DNA from: an uncultured Chloroflexia bacterium
GTDB taxonomy: Bacteria > Chloroflexota > Chloroflexia > Thermomicrobiales > UBA6265
Length of the DNA stretch: 64,000 nt
Assembly (NCBI GenBank): GCA_963724295.1
Contig: CAVRUC010000011.1
Location: 32,001 to 96,000, forward strand
Reading direction: 5' to 3'
The position numbers and the translations under genes are program-made. Shown piece by piece: positions 31,572 through 42,025 of this stretch (positions are counted from its first letter, which is position 1; every line of letters begins with the position of its first letter). The notes beneath the pieces were generated by a model. That model was not told where the DNA came from. It did not search any database and was given only the letters and a program-made list of their open reading frames with translations.

Positions 31572-32762
31572 ATGCGACAAGCGTACGATGTGATCGTCAT
31601 TGGCTGCGGCGGGCTCGGCAGCGCCGCGGCCTACTGGTTGGCGCGGCGGGCGGGGGCCGGGGTCCTCGCCCTCGAGCAGTTCCGGCTCGGGCACGATCGC
31701 GGCAGCTCGCAGGACCATTCCCGGATCATCCGCCGCTCATACCACGATCCGCACTACGTCGCTCTCGCCGCGCCCGCCTACGAGCTCTGGCATCAGCTCG
31801 AGGCCGAGTCAGGCGTTCAGATGGTCGTCAAGACCGGCGGTTTGGACCTGGAGCTGACCGGGACGACAGGCATAAAGGACCTGAGTCATTGCGCTGCGGC
31901 GATGACGGAGCAGGGCATCGCTCATGAGGAGCTGAGCGGGCGGGAAATCATGGAGCGGTGGCCCCAGTTCCACCTCCCGGATGAGGCGCGCGGGTTGTAT
32001 CAGGCGGACAGCGGGTTGGTGGACGCTGGCAAGGCCAATGCGGTTCACGTCGCGCTGGCGCGCCTCCACGGGGCGACCATCCGCGATCAACTCCCGGTGC
32101 GCGCCCTGCGGCCGGTACGCGATGCGGTGGAGGTCGAGACTGACGAGGGCGTGTTTGCTGCCGGTCACGTGGTGCTGGCGTGCGGGGCCTGGACCAATAC
32201 GCTCCTGGAAAGTCTCAGTATCCATTGGCCGCTCACCGTGACGCAGGAGCAAGTCACGTACTTCGCCACGCCCTACATTCGCGACTTCACCCCCGACCGC
32301 TTCCCGATCTGGATCTGGCGGGCGCAAGAGGAGTTTTACGGATTCCCTGTCTATGGCGAAGTGGCGACCAAGGCCGGCCAGGATGTCGGCGGTGATGAGG
32401 TGACAGCCGAGACGCGCACGTTCGAGCCGAATGCGCGCACTCACGGGCGGCTCGTCCGCTTTCTGGAGGAGCGCATTCCCCACTTCCTCGGTCCTGAGCT
32501 GTATACGAAGACGTGTCTCTACACCATGCCGCCGGATCGTCACTTCGTCATCGACAGGGTGCCGGGTCACCCGCAAATATCCGTCGTTGTCGACGGCGGT
32601 CACGCCTTCAAGTTTGCCACCCTCATCGGCCGCATCTTGAGTCAGCTAGCCCTCGACGGGCGGACCGATTATCCGATCGAACCGTTCCGAGCGGATCGCC
32701 CAGCGCTCACCGACCCGATGTTTCAGCCGATCTTCCGCAACGAAGCGGTGCTCAGCCGATGA
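31572..32762 (+). CDS. solA: sarcosine oxidase / N-methyl-L-tryptophan oxidase family
   Basis: GCGGLGSAAA, GSSQDHSRIIR, CLYTMPPDRHFVID, GHAFKF. Confidence 0.88.
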   Translation: MRQAYDVIVIGCGGLGSAAAYWLARRAGAGVLALEQFRLGHDRGSSQDHSRIIRRSYHDPHYVALAAPAYELWHQLEAESGVQMVVKTGGLDLELTGTTGIKDLSHCAAAMTEQGIAHEELSGREIMERWPQFHLPDEARGLYQADSGLVDAGKANAVHVALARLHGATIRDQLPVRALRPVRDAVEVETDEGVFAAGHVVLACGAWTNTLLESLSIHWPLTVTQEQVTYFATPYIRDFTPDRFPIWIWRAQEEFYGFPVYGEVATKAGQDVGGDEVTAETRTFEPNARTHGRLVRFLEERIPHFLGPELYTKTCLYTMPPDRHFVIDRVPGHPQISVVVDGGHAFKFATLIGRILSQLALDGRTDYPIEPFRADRPALTDPMFQPIFRNEAVLSR

Positions 32763-32817
32763 GTTTTCATGCCGGCGCCGGATTGTCCGGCATCTCGTGA
32801 ATCGAAGGAGATCGTAC

Positions 32818-33873
32818 GTGAGTGATACCGCGACCGAGCCCGGACTCGGCCTCCTGGACCGGCTCGAAACTGGTTCGGTCATCTGCGCCGAGGGATACCT
32901 CTTCGAGTTCGAGCGACGCGGGTACCTCCAGGCCGGGGCCTTCACTCCTGAGGTCGTGCTGGAGCATCCGGACCTCGTCGCTCAACTCCACCGCGAGTTC
33001 GTCCATGCCGGCTCGGACGTCGTCGAGGCATTTACCTACTACGCGCACCGGGAAAAACTGCGACTCATCGGGAAGGAGCATCTGCTCGAAGCGATGAATC
33101 GCCAGGCCCTGGCCACCGCCGAGATGGTCGCTCGCGAGCATGGCGCGCTCTTCGCCGGTAACGTCTGCAATACCAATGTCTTCACCGGAGACGAAGCATC
33201 GAAACGGACCGCGCGCGCCATGTTCGAGGAGCAGGTCGGCTGGGCAGTGGAAGCGGGGGTGGACTACGTCATTGGTGAGACCTTCTCCTGGGGCGAGGAG
33301 GCACTGGTTGCGCTCGACGTGATCAAGCGGGCCGGTAAGCCCGCGGTCATCACGCTGGCCATGCACCAGGAACCAGTGACGCGCGACGGGTGGTCTCCAG
33401 AGGACGCGTGTTCTCGCCTGGAGGAAGCAGGGGCGGACGTCGTCGGTCTCAACTGCATCCGCGGACCGCGGACGATGATGCCGATGCTCAAAGCTATCCG
33501 AGCGCGGGTCAAGGGGCACGTGGCGGCGCTACCGGTGCCCTACCGGACTCACGATGACGAGCCAACATTCCAGTCGCTGCGTGATCCCGAATATCCGTCG
33601 AATCCAACGGGCCGACCATTTCCCACGGCACTGGATCCGTTCATGTGTACCCGCTACGAGATCGCCGACTTCGCGCGGGACGCCTCCGCTCTCGGGATTC
33701 GCTACCTCGGGGTGTGCTGCGGCGCGGGTCCGCACCACATTCGGAGCATGGCTGAGGCGCTTGGCCGCACACCGCCGGCCAGCCGCTACACCGCTGACAT
33801 GTCCAAGCACGCCTTCCTGGGGACTGATCCGAGCCTCAAGCAGGAGAACCGAGCGTACGCGACGAACTTGTAG
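32818..33873 (+). CDS. homocysteine S-methyltransferase, betaine-homocysteine methyltransferase-like
   Basis: GYLFEFERRGY...FTPEVVLEHP...LHREFVHAGSDV; Zn ligands GLNC and GVCCG. Confidence 0.88.
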   Translation: MSDTATEPGLGLLDRLETGSVICAEGYLFEFERRGYLQAGAFTPEVVLEHPDLVAQLHREFVHAGSDVVEAFTYYAHREKLRLIGKEHLLEAMNRQALATAEMVAREHGALFAGNVCNTNVFTGDEASKRTARAMFEEQVGWAVEAGVDYVIGETFSWGEEALVALDVIKRAGKPAVITLAMHQEPVTRDGWSPEDACSRLEEAGADVVGLNCIRGPRTMMPMLKAIRARVKGHVAALPVPYRTHDDEPTFQSLRDPEYPSNPTGRPFPTALDPFMCTRYEIADFARDASALGIRYLGVCCGAGPHHIRSMAEALGRTPPASRYTADMSKHAFLGTDPSLKQENRAYATNL

Positions 33874-34083
33874 TCTGGGACAAGATCGTCGAGCCCTGAG
33901 CGGCCTGGGCATTCCCCACCGGATCGCCGTCCGTACGTGATGGCCCGACGGCAGACCCAAGCGTCATGCCACGGGTGTAGACTTCCCGCTCGATCCTCAT
34001 CCTTCGTGTCGCGTCGTGCTACCCGGCCTTGCCAACGTCGCTCTTAGGAGTGGCCGAGCCAGGCCTCTCGAGAGGAGGATGCC

Positions 34084-35067
34084 GTGGTCCGTGCCTCGAC
34101 CCTGCTGGCCTTATTCGCCGCCATCACCCTCATCGTGGGTCTCGGCGGGGCAGTGAACGCCCAGGGCACGCCCACCGGGGCCACGCCCATCCCGGACAAC
34201 CTGGAGCCCCCGGCGGACTCCGTCCTGCTCTTCACGCTCGAGGCTCGTGGCGTCCAGATCTACGTCTGTGAGGCCGACTCCAACGACGCCACTTCGTTCG
34301 TCTGGACCTTCCAGGCGCCGGAGGCCGAGCTGCTCAACGAGCGCGGCGACGTCGTGGGGAGCCATTTCGCCGGTCCGACCTGGCAGGGCCAGGACGGCAG
34401 TGCGGTCATTGGCTCAGTGCTCGAGCGCGCCGCTGCGCTGGATGCGGGAGCGATCCCCTGGCTCCTGCTTGAAGCAAAGGATCACGCGGGCAGCGGAGCT
34501 TTCTCGACGATCACGCACATCCAACGACTCGACACCGTCGGCGGAGTCGCCCCGACCGACGGCTGCGACGAGGCTCATGCCGGTGAGGAAGTGCGTGCAC
34601 CGTATGAGGCAACCTACGCCTTCTTCTATCCAGCCGCCATGACCGCTACACCTGGCACCGGTACGACAGCGGAACAGACCGGCTCCGTCACTATTCGGGT
34701 GTATGCGTGCCCGGCGGAGATGAACGAAGCCGCGGCACAGGGGCAGCTCGATCAGGCCGCGCTCCTGGCGAGTTGCACGCCCCTGGACACTCCGGAGCTG
34801 GCCCCGACATTGAGCATGCTTCCAGATGGTGAGCAACCAATGGCAGGGACAGCGACCGAGCCAGGCGTCTACGACTGGGATGGTTTGGCGTTCGGCGATT
34901 ACGTGATCGGCGTCATTGGCGAGATGCCCGCGAACCTGGCCAGTCTACGGGTTACGGATGCCAGCGGAAATCCACTGCAGAATCCCGTACTCGGACTCGA
35001 CGAGCTGTCACCGCACGTGGATTACTTCTACTTCTACTTCCTGGCCGAGGGGACTCCGGCTGCCTAG
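34084..35067 (+). CDS. secreted DUF3455-domain protein with extra C-terminal domain
   Basis: Signal peptide; ARGVQIYVC, HFAGPTW, AIPWLLL, IQRLDTVGGVAP, YEATYAFF. Confidence 0.8.
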   Translation: MVRASTLLALFAAITLIVGLGGAVNAQGTPTGATPIPDNLEPPADSVLLFTLEARGVQIYVCEADSNDATSFVWTFQAPEAELLNERGDVVGSHFAGPTWQGQDGSAVIGSVLERAAALDAGAIPWLLLEAKDHAGSGAFSTITHIQRLDTVGGVAPTDGCDEAHAGEEVRAPYEATYAFFYPAAMTATPGTGTTAEQTGSVTIRVYACPAEMNEAAAQGQLDQAALLASCTPLDTPELAPTLSMLPDGEQPMAGTATEPGVYDWDGLAFGDYVIGVIGEMPANLASLRVTDASGNPLQNPVLGLDELSPHVDYFYFYFLAEGTPAA

Positions 35068-35321
35068 CGTGACGCGAAGTTCTTCGCCGGGACGTGGTCA
35101 TTCCTCTGCAAGTGAAAGTCATCCGGCGCCACGCACTTCGTGCGGGTCGGGAACTGCTCCCGGCCCTCCCGGCGACGAATTCCGCATGGTGTGATTGTGC
35201 CCTGGTTATCAGCCCCGTATTTCTCAAGGTCGCGGCGTTGCCTTCAGGCACAATTTGCTCGTGTGGAAGACGAAATCGGGCGTTCCCCCGTTGGCTCGAC
35301 CAAGAAGAGAGTCTTTCCGGA

Positions 35322-35351
35322 CAGTCTCAGGCAAAGTCGTTTATGAGGCAG
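35322..35351. other. putative site-specific recombination site, copy 1 (11-8-11)
   Basis: cagtctcaggc-aaagtcgt-ttatgaggcag; aligns without gaps to 39227 and 44165. Confidence 0.55.
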
Positions 35352-35375
35352 GTAGTGGCCAACACCAGATGGGAC

Positions 35376-37749
35376 TCAATCGTCGCCGAGCGACTCGGCT
35401 TCATCGATGATGCGCTCCAGTGGTAGCGCGCGACCCGCGTCCCAAGCCGCATGAAAGGTCTCCTCAGCCAACTCGCTCCGGGTCGGCGGCGAGGTCCCGC
35501 TCGTAGTGTGTCCACTCTGCCGGCGCGAGCGGAACACCCAGGGTCTCACGCAGCGCCGCCACCGCCCCATACAACCGTGCCGCCAGCAGAAACTGCCCAC
35601 GATCGCAGGCAATTGCCGCGAGTTCGGACACGGCCCTGACCATGATCTCCTTGTCTCCCAGTCGCGCGTTACTGGCTAGACTCTGGCGAATCAAGGCGAT
35701 CGCGCGTGCGTCATCTCCTTGAGCGCGGGCGGCGCGCCCGAGTTGGATCAGTGCCCAGGCAACGCCCCACGCGTCGCCGCGGTCACGCCAAATGGCCAGC
35801 GCCTCTTCGCCCAACGTCTGGGCTTCCGCGGGATTGCCCTGGGCCACGGCGATGTCCCCAAGGCGGGTCAGTTCAATGGCCACCCCGTGCTGATAGCCTA
35901 TCTCTCGTTCCAGTGTGAGCGATGCTTGGTGATATGCTCGCGCCTGCTCCAGCTCGCCGCGATCGAAAGCAGTGAACCCCAGCAAGAAAAGCGCCGAGGC
36001 CATCGTGTCGCGATCGCCGGCCGCACGAGCGACGCCAGTGCTTCCTCGCCCATCGCGACAGCGTCCCCGTAGGCGCCCTGAATGCGGGCGAAGTACCCCG
36101 CGTCGACCAGCGCCCGCGGGCGCAGGGCGGAGCGGTTCACCGGGATCGGGCAGCGCGAGCGCCCGCTCGAGCCAGAGCCGGCCCTGCTCGAGGTGACTGT
36201 GCATCCACCAAAAGCGCCAGCAGGCATGCGCTAGTTTCAGCGCGATTTCGACCTTCCCCTCCTCGGTTGCCCATGTCAGCGCGGCGCGCAGATTGTCATG
36301 GTCCGCTTCCAGGCGGTCGAGCGTTGCCGGACCATCGGGGCTGTGCAGCCGGTCCTGCACTGCTTCCAGAAGCGCCAGGTAGAATCCGGCATGAGCCTGG
36401 CGGATCGTCCCCGCCTCACCGCTGATCTCCAGGCGCTCCATGGCGTACTCGCGCACCGTCTCCAGCATGGCGAAGCGCGCCTCTCCAGTGTCGTCGGGCG
36501 CGGTCGGCTCCTGCAGCCGCAGCAAGCTTTGGTCGAATAGGGTCGCGAGGCCGTCCAGGACGGTTCCCGGCGCGCCGGACGCGCCCGCGCCACCTGTGGC
36601 GACCACCTCCGCCGCCTCGAACGTGAAACCGCCGGCGAAGACAGCCAGACGGCGGAACAAGGTTTGCTCCTGGGTGCTCAGGAGATCATGGCTCCAGGCG
36701 ATCGTGTCGCGCATCGTGCGCTGACGATCCGGGGCGTCGCGGGGACCCTCGCTGAGAAGGGGTAGCCGCCGCTCCAGCCGGGTCAGCAGGGCTGCCGGGG
36801 GGAGGAGCTTGACGCGCACCGCGGCGAGCTCGAGCGCCAGCGGCAGCCCTTCCACCCGCCGACAGATCTCCGCCACCGGCGCCGCCGTCACCTCCGTCAG
36901 GGCGAACGCGGGTGCCGCCGCTTGGGCGCGCTCGACGAACAGGCGTACCGCCGCCACCTCTGCCACCCCTTCCGACGGCGTGCTTGATCCTGCCGCGGGC
37001 ACCGCCAACGGTCCAACCGGCAGCTCGCGCTCTCCACGCAGCCGAAGGCGGGCGCGACTCGTTGCCAGGACGGTCAGGTCGGGACTTGCCGCCAGTAATC
37101 CACCGATAAGCGACATCGCTGGCAACACGTGCTCACAGTTGTCGAGGACGAGCAGCAATTGCCTGCTAGCCACGGCGCTCCTCAGCACGTCGACCAGTGG
37201 CTGCTCGCCACGCTCACGCACACCAAGTGCGCCGGCCACCTCGGCAGGAACGAGCGCCGGGTCACGCAGCGGGGCCAGTTCGACCCAGGTCACCCCGTCG
37301 CGAACGTCCCCCGCCATCTCGCCGGCAATTGCCAGCGCCAGCCGGGTCTTTCCCACCCCACCCGGCCCGGTGAGTGTCAGCAGCCGGGTTTCCGGCTGCC
37401 GCAGCAATGCGCAGATCGCAGCGACTTCCCGTTCGCGACCGACCAGCGGCGTCGGCGGGACAGGCGGAGCAGACAGGCGCAGCGGGACGGAGATCGGTCC
37501 TGAAAGCGCGCCCAGCTCCGGATGCGCCGCCATGACGAGTGCCGCCCGCGTTTCCCCGCTCAGCCCGAGGGCATCGGCCAGAAGACGCACGGTCTCGGCG
37601 CGGGGTGCGCGGCGGACACCCCGTTCCAGATCCTGCACGCCGCGAGCGCTCACCCCGGCCCGCTCTGCCAGCGCCTCCTGGCTGAGCCCTTCGGCGAGCC
37701 GAAAGCGGCGGAGGAGCGTTCCAAACGGCTCGGATGTCGAGTTTGCCAT
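35376..37749 (-). CDS. XRE-HTH / NB-ARC / TPR regulator (copy 2; frameshifts in the TPR region)
   Basis: [46 protein letters not shown]; ends [17 protein letters not shown] with no LuxR domain. Confidence 0.9.
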
Positions 37750-38096
37750 GACAGTGGTTTCGGTTCGCCAGCGACGGCCACCAGGCATCGGTTGCGAGTC
37801 CGCAGTGTAGCGCTTGGCGGCCATGGTGACTTGGTCGGTGTGCGATGCGTGCCCGAACGGTGTGCGCTGCGGGTGGTGGGGGCGGCTGGGCCAAGGCAGG
37901 ATGCTGGAGTACCGAGCGTTTGATCGACGGCGATCCGCCACACAGTGGCGCCCGGGTTTGCGACGTGCTGACCTCCGGGTCGTAAGGAGGTGAGAGTTAG
38001 CAAAGCTTTCGATGAACGCCGCGCCTGACAGCGGCAAAACGGTCCAAGCAGAACCTGATCGTACAGACAGCGAAGGACAAGCGAAAGGAGCGCATC

Positions 38097-38657
38097 ATGC
38101 GCCGTGTGATCACAGTGAGCTTGGTTCTTGTGTTGACCCTGATCGGCGTGGCGGTGAGCCAGCCCCGGCTGCTCGCCGCCGAGGAGACGACTCGCGCTCC
38201 TCTGGCAAGCCAGGATCTCAGCCTGGAGCAGGCCCAAGCGGTGGTGACCGCGGCCCTCGCCGCCGCCGAGGAGCAGGGCACGAAGATGGACATCGCCGTC
38301 GTGGATGCCGGTGGCAATCTCAAAGCCTTTGCCCGCATGGATGGCGCCTGGCTGGGTAGCATCGACATCGCCACCACCAAGGCGCGCACCGCCCGCTACT
38401 TCGATCTGCCCACCGAGGAGTTGGGCGCGCTCTCGCAGCCAGGCGGCCCGCTCTACGGCATCGAGGTCTCCAACGGCGGATTGATCACGTTTCCTGGCGG
38501 GCTGCCGCTGAAGGCGGAGGACGGAACGGTGATCGGCGCCATCGGCGTCTCCGGCTCGACGGTCGAGAACGACCGTGCCGTCGCGGCCGCCGGGGCTGGC
38601 AATGCTGGGCGGCCCGAACGTCGATTTGCTGAGCACGGTGCCGGCCTTCTTCGATGA
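38097..38657 (+). CDS. secreted GlcG/HbpS-type heme-binding protein (true end may be 38709)
   Basis: [16 protein letters not shown]...SIDIA..KA.TA; FPGGLPL; GAIGVSG. Confidence 0.88.
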   Translation: MRRVITVSLVLVLTLIGVAVSQPRLLAAEETTRAPLASQDLSLEQAQAVVTAALAAAEEQGTKMDIAVVDAGGNLKAFARMDGAWLGSIDIATTKARTARYFDLPTEELGALSQPGGPLYGIEVSNGGLITFPGGLPLKAEDGTVIGAIGVSGSTVENDRAVAAAGAGNAGRPERRFAEHGAGLLR

Positions 38658-38721
38658 GAAGTCGGGTGGGGGCGGAGCGCTCGGCGGCGTCGTCAACACG
38701 AAAAAGTAATCCTGAGCGGCG

Positions 38722-38774
38722 ATCCCACCCGGCGTGGTCTTGCGACTGGTCTTGCGACTGACGCCGGGTGGGAT
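38722..38774 (+). terminator. 14-bp-arm hairpin with a tandem 12-mer in the loop
   Basis: atcccacccggcgt-(ggtcttgcgact)x2-g-acgccgggtgggat. Confidence 0.45.
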
Positions 38775-39009
38775 TCGCACCGAGATCTGCGCCGGGTTGG
38801 CTGCCGCACGAGCCGAACCACTTGCGCTACACGATCTGGCGGCATCTCATCAAGTGCCGTTCTGGAGCAGCCGGGCTGAAGACGGTACTTCCGGGTAGGA
38901 GTGCTACGGCCAAAGTGGCCACCAGTTGGCACGATCCGTGCGAGGAGGCCAGCAGCCTGCACTGCCGGTCCCGACCGTCATCCTCAGTTCGCCTCTGGAA
39001 ATGCCTCAG

Positions 39010-39039
39010 TAGTCTCTCAAAAGACCCTCAGTGAAAATC
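39010..39039. other. degenerate inverted copy of the putative recombination site
   Basis: tagtctctcaa-aagaccct-cagtgaaaatc vs reverse complement of 39227 (ctatctgagaa-acgaccct-tgctgagacgc). Confidence 0.35.
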
Positions 39040-39226
39040 CTCAATATGACGTCGGGACCGCGCAGGCCACAGGCTGGATAGCACCAGAGCACGCAATTCA
39101 CCGCTTCCTCGCCAGCGCAAGATGACTGGCGTCCGGCCCAGGTCCTTATCGAGGGCGGGGCAAAGGACGCGTCCTTTCCTCCCATCACTCCCTATGCGCT
39201 TCGTAGAGTGCCGGCTGATCGGCGCA

Positions 39227-39256
39227 GCGTCTCAGCAAGGGTCGTTTCTCAGATAG
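39227..39256. other. putative site-specific recombination site, copy 2
   Basis: gcgtctcagca-agggtcgt-ttctcagatag. Confidence 0.55.
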
Positions 39257-39304
39257 TTTCGAGCGCCTTTGCCAAAGGGACTGTCTGCGGCAGATTCAGG
39301 ATTA

Positions 39305-41813
39305 TTAAGGTGTCGTTCCCGCGCCTATCTCCTCGGCAATGGCGAGCGCCTCGGTGATGGCTTCCTCCAATGGTGCCATGCGGCCAGCCGGCCAGGCCTG
39401 CTCGAACGCCGCCGCCTCCAACGCGGCATGGGTGTCCTTCGCGATCTTCTCGGCATGGAGCCAACTTCTGATGTGCTCAATTCCAACTGATTCGCGCTCG
39501 GCCTCGATCGCGCCGAGTAACCGCGCCGCCCGCTCCGCTTGGCCGCGCACCAGCGCCACTCCCGCCAACCCAGCCATGGCGCCGAGGAGCGCCGGCGTAT
39601 GGTGGAGACCCTTCGCGTCAGTGATTCCTTCCGCGAACAACCCCGCCGCGCGCGCAAGGTCGCCCTGGCGCAGCGCCGCGTGACCGCGAAGGATGATCAC
39701 GAGCACTATCCACCAGTGCGGATCGGTCTGCCGCAGGCGCGTCAGGGCTTCTTCGAGCATCGGCACGCCCGCCTCGAGGTCGCCCTGCAAGACCAGTTTG
39801 TCCGCCAGTTGGGCCTTTGGATACCATGCGCCTGCGTCCCACCACACCGGGATGGTCGCGGCATAGGCGGCGGCCGCCTGCGCAATATCACCCCGGTCTT
39901 CCCAGACGTACGCGAGCGCCATGTGGGCGAACCCGAGACTCGCTGAATCACCAGATTCCTCGGCCGCTTCAAGCAATTGCTGGGCATGGAACAAGGCCGC
40001 TTCGTGATTGCCCTGGGCACCGTTCCCGGTGGATAAGAGCCAATGTGCCAGCACCCGGTCGCGCACGGGGGCATCTGGAGCCGCGGCGAGCGCTGCCTCC
40101 AACCAGCGGTGGAGCTCCGCATAGCTCACGAGCCGTTGGGTCCAGAAATCCTCTGTCGCCACCAGAAGCCGCAATGCCTCGCTTCGCCTTCCCACCCGCG
40201 AGCAGCCAATTGACGGCGGCACGCAGGTTGGCCAGCTCCTCGTCGAGCCGGACCACCCACGCGGGCGAGATATCGCCCCCGAATTCGGCCGGCTCGGCCT
40301 GCTCGGCCAGGGCCAGGCACCAGGCGGCCAGCCGGTCTCGGGTGGCATCGCTCTCGCCGCTATCCGCTAATTGTTCCAGCCCGTACTCACGGACCGTCTC
40401 CAACATGCGGAAGCGGGGCTCACTCTCAGCTCCCTCCTCCTGGCGCAATAGACTCCCGTCGACGAGCGAGGCAATGCCGCAGAAGACGAAGGGGGTGTCG
40501 CTGGCTCAGGGGGTGTCGGTCGCTGCGCTCCCGCAGGGGGTGAAGGAGAACGAGTAAGATTGCCGACGGCCTCGTCTTCCCCCTGAGCCGAAGGCGACAC
40601 CCCTTGAGACGGTGAAACCGCCGGCTCCCCCTGAGGCGAAGCCGACACCCCCTGAACGGAGTGGCACCCCCACCCATTCGGCCGCCTCCAGGGTGCACCC
40701 ACCAGGGAAGACGGCCAGCTGGCGGAAGAGAGTTTGCTCCTCGGATGAGAGGAGATCGTGGCTCCACGCAATCGTATTCCGCATTGTTTGCTGCCGTGCC
40801 GGGAGGGTGCGAGCCCCTCCGGTCAGGAGCGGCAACCGCTGCTCCAGGCGCCTGAGCAGCGCCTGGGGAGGGAAGAGTTTGACCCGCGCGGCGGCAAGCT
40901 CGAGGGCCAGCGGAAGACCGTCTAACCTCCGACAGATCCCGGCTACCGCCGGGGCGTTGTCAGCGGTGAGCGCAAAGTGTGGGCGAACGGCCTGGACGCG
41001 GTCGACGAAGAATGCGACCGCTTCGCTCGCCGCCAGCAAGGCAAGATCATCGTTGGTGCTTGCTGCTGGCAGGCCGAGGGAGGGTACCAGGTACTCCTGC
41101 TCGCCCGGCAGCCGCAACGGGGCACGGCTCGTCACTAGAATCGTGGTGCGCTGCGCCGCGGACAGAAACTCGACCACGACCGGAGCCGCGTTGAGAACGT
41201 GCTCGAAGTTGTCGAGGATGAGCAGCATCTCCCGCGCGGCCAGGTAGCGCTGCACGGTCGCAATGAGTGGCTGTCCACCAGTCTCACGCACGTTGAGCGT
41301 AGCGGCGACTTCCGGCAAAACGAGTCCAGGATCGCTCAGCGGCGCCAGATCGACAAAGACGACCCCATCGGCGAACTGCGCTGCGAGCCGACTCCCGACC
41401 GCGAGCGCCAGGCGCGTCTTGCCTATGCCCCCGGGACCCGTCAACGTGACCAGCCGACTCTTGACGGGCCCCAGCAGAGACACCAAATCCGCCAGTTCCC
41501 GCTCGCGCCCGACGAGGGGCGCTAGGGGTAGCGGGAGCGGAGCATGACTCGGCAAAGCGACCTCAGTCGAACCAGCGGAGGTCGCGGGTCGCGCGGCGGT
41601 GAGGAGTGCCTCCCGGTCGGCCGGAGAGAGAGCGAGGCCGTCGGCCAGCAGACGGACCGTGGAGAGGTGCGGCGCGCGGCGTGCCCCGCGCTCCAGGTCG
41701 CTAATGCCGCGGGCGCTCAGCCCGGCACGCTGAGCAAGCTGCTCCTGCGACAGGGCGGCCTTAAGTCGTAGTCGCCGCAATTCCGTACCGAACGACGCTG
41801 GTTCACCGCTCAT
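39305..41813 (-). CDS. XRE-HTH / NB-ARC / TPR regulator (copy 3; internal repeat insertion, frameshifts)
   Basis: [54 protein letters not shown]; ends AWPAGRMAPLEEAITEAL. Confidence 0.88.
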
Positions 41814-41898
41814 GGCCCCAGTCCGATCACCGGTCTGGCTCAATAAGGGCATCGGGAGAGCGCATACGCAGTGTAGGGCATCCTCATCGTCCGCTGAG

Positions 41899-41933
41899 GT
41901 GGGGAACGCGTGGGGAACGCGTGGGGAACGCGT
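41899..41933 (+). promoter_or_regulatory. three perfect 11-bp direct repeats (GTGGGGAACGC), candidate regulator operator
   Basis: Lies in the divergent intergenic region, about 25 bp upstream of a TAGGCT/TAGGAT -10-like element. Confidence 0.65.
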
Positions 41934-42025
41934 CTGGTTTTCCGGTGGCCGCCAGCGTAGGCTAGGATCGGTCAGTACGGATCCAGCGCCAGAAGAAGAT
42001 CACTCGGACCAGGACAGGAGCGTGC

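Noticed and set aside
35300..35345. Glycine riboswitch (ctcaggcaaag)
   Set aside because: Lacks the GGAGA/GCCGAAG core and lies between convergent genes.
41899..41933. Repeats here (and the octamer arrays) as a CRISPR array
   Set aside because: Units abut with no spacers, are far too short, and there are no cas genes.
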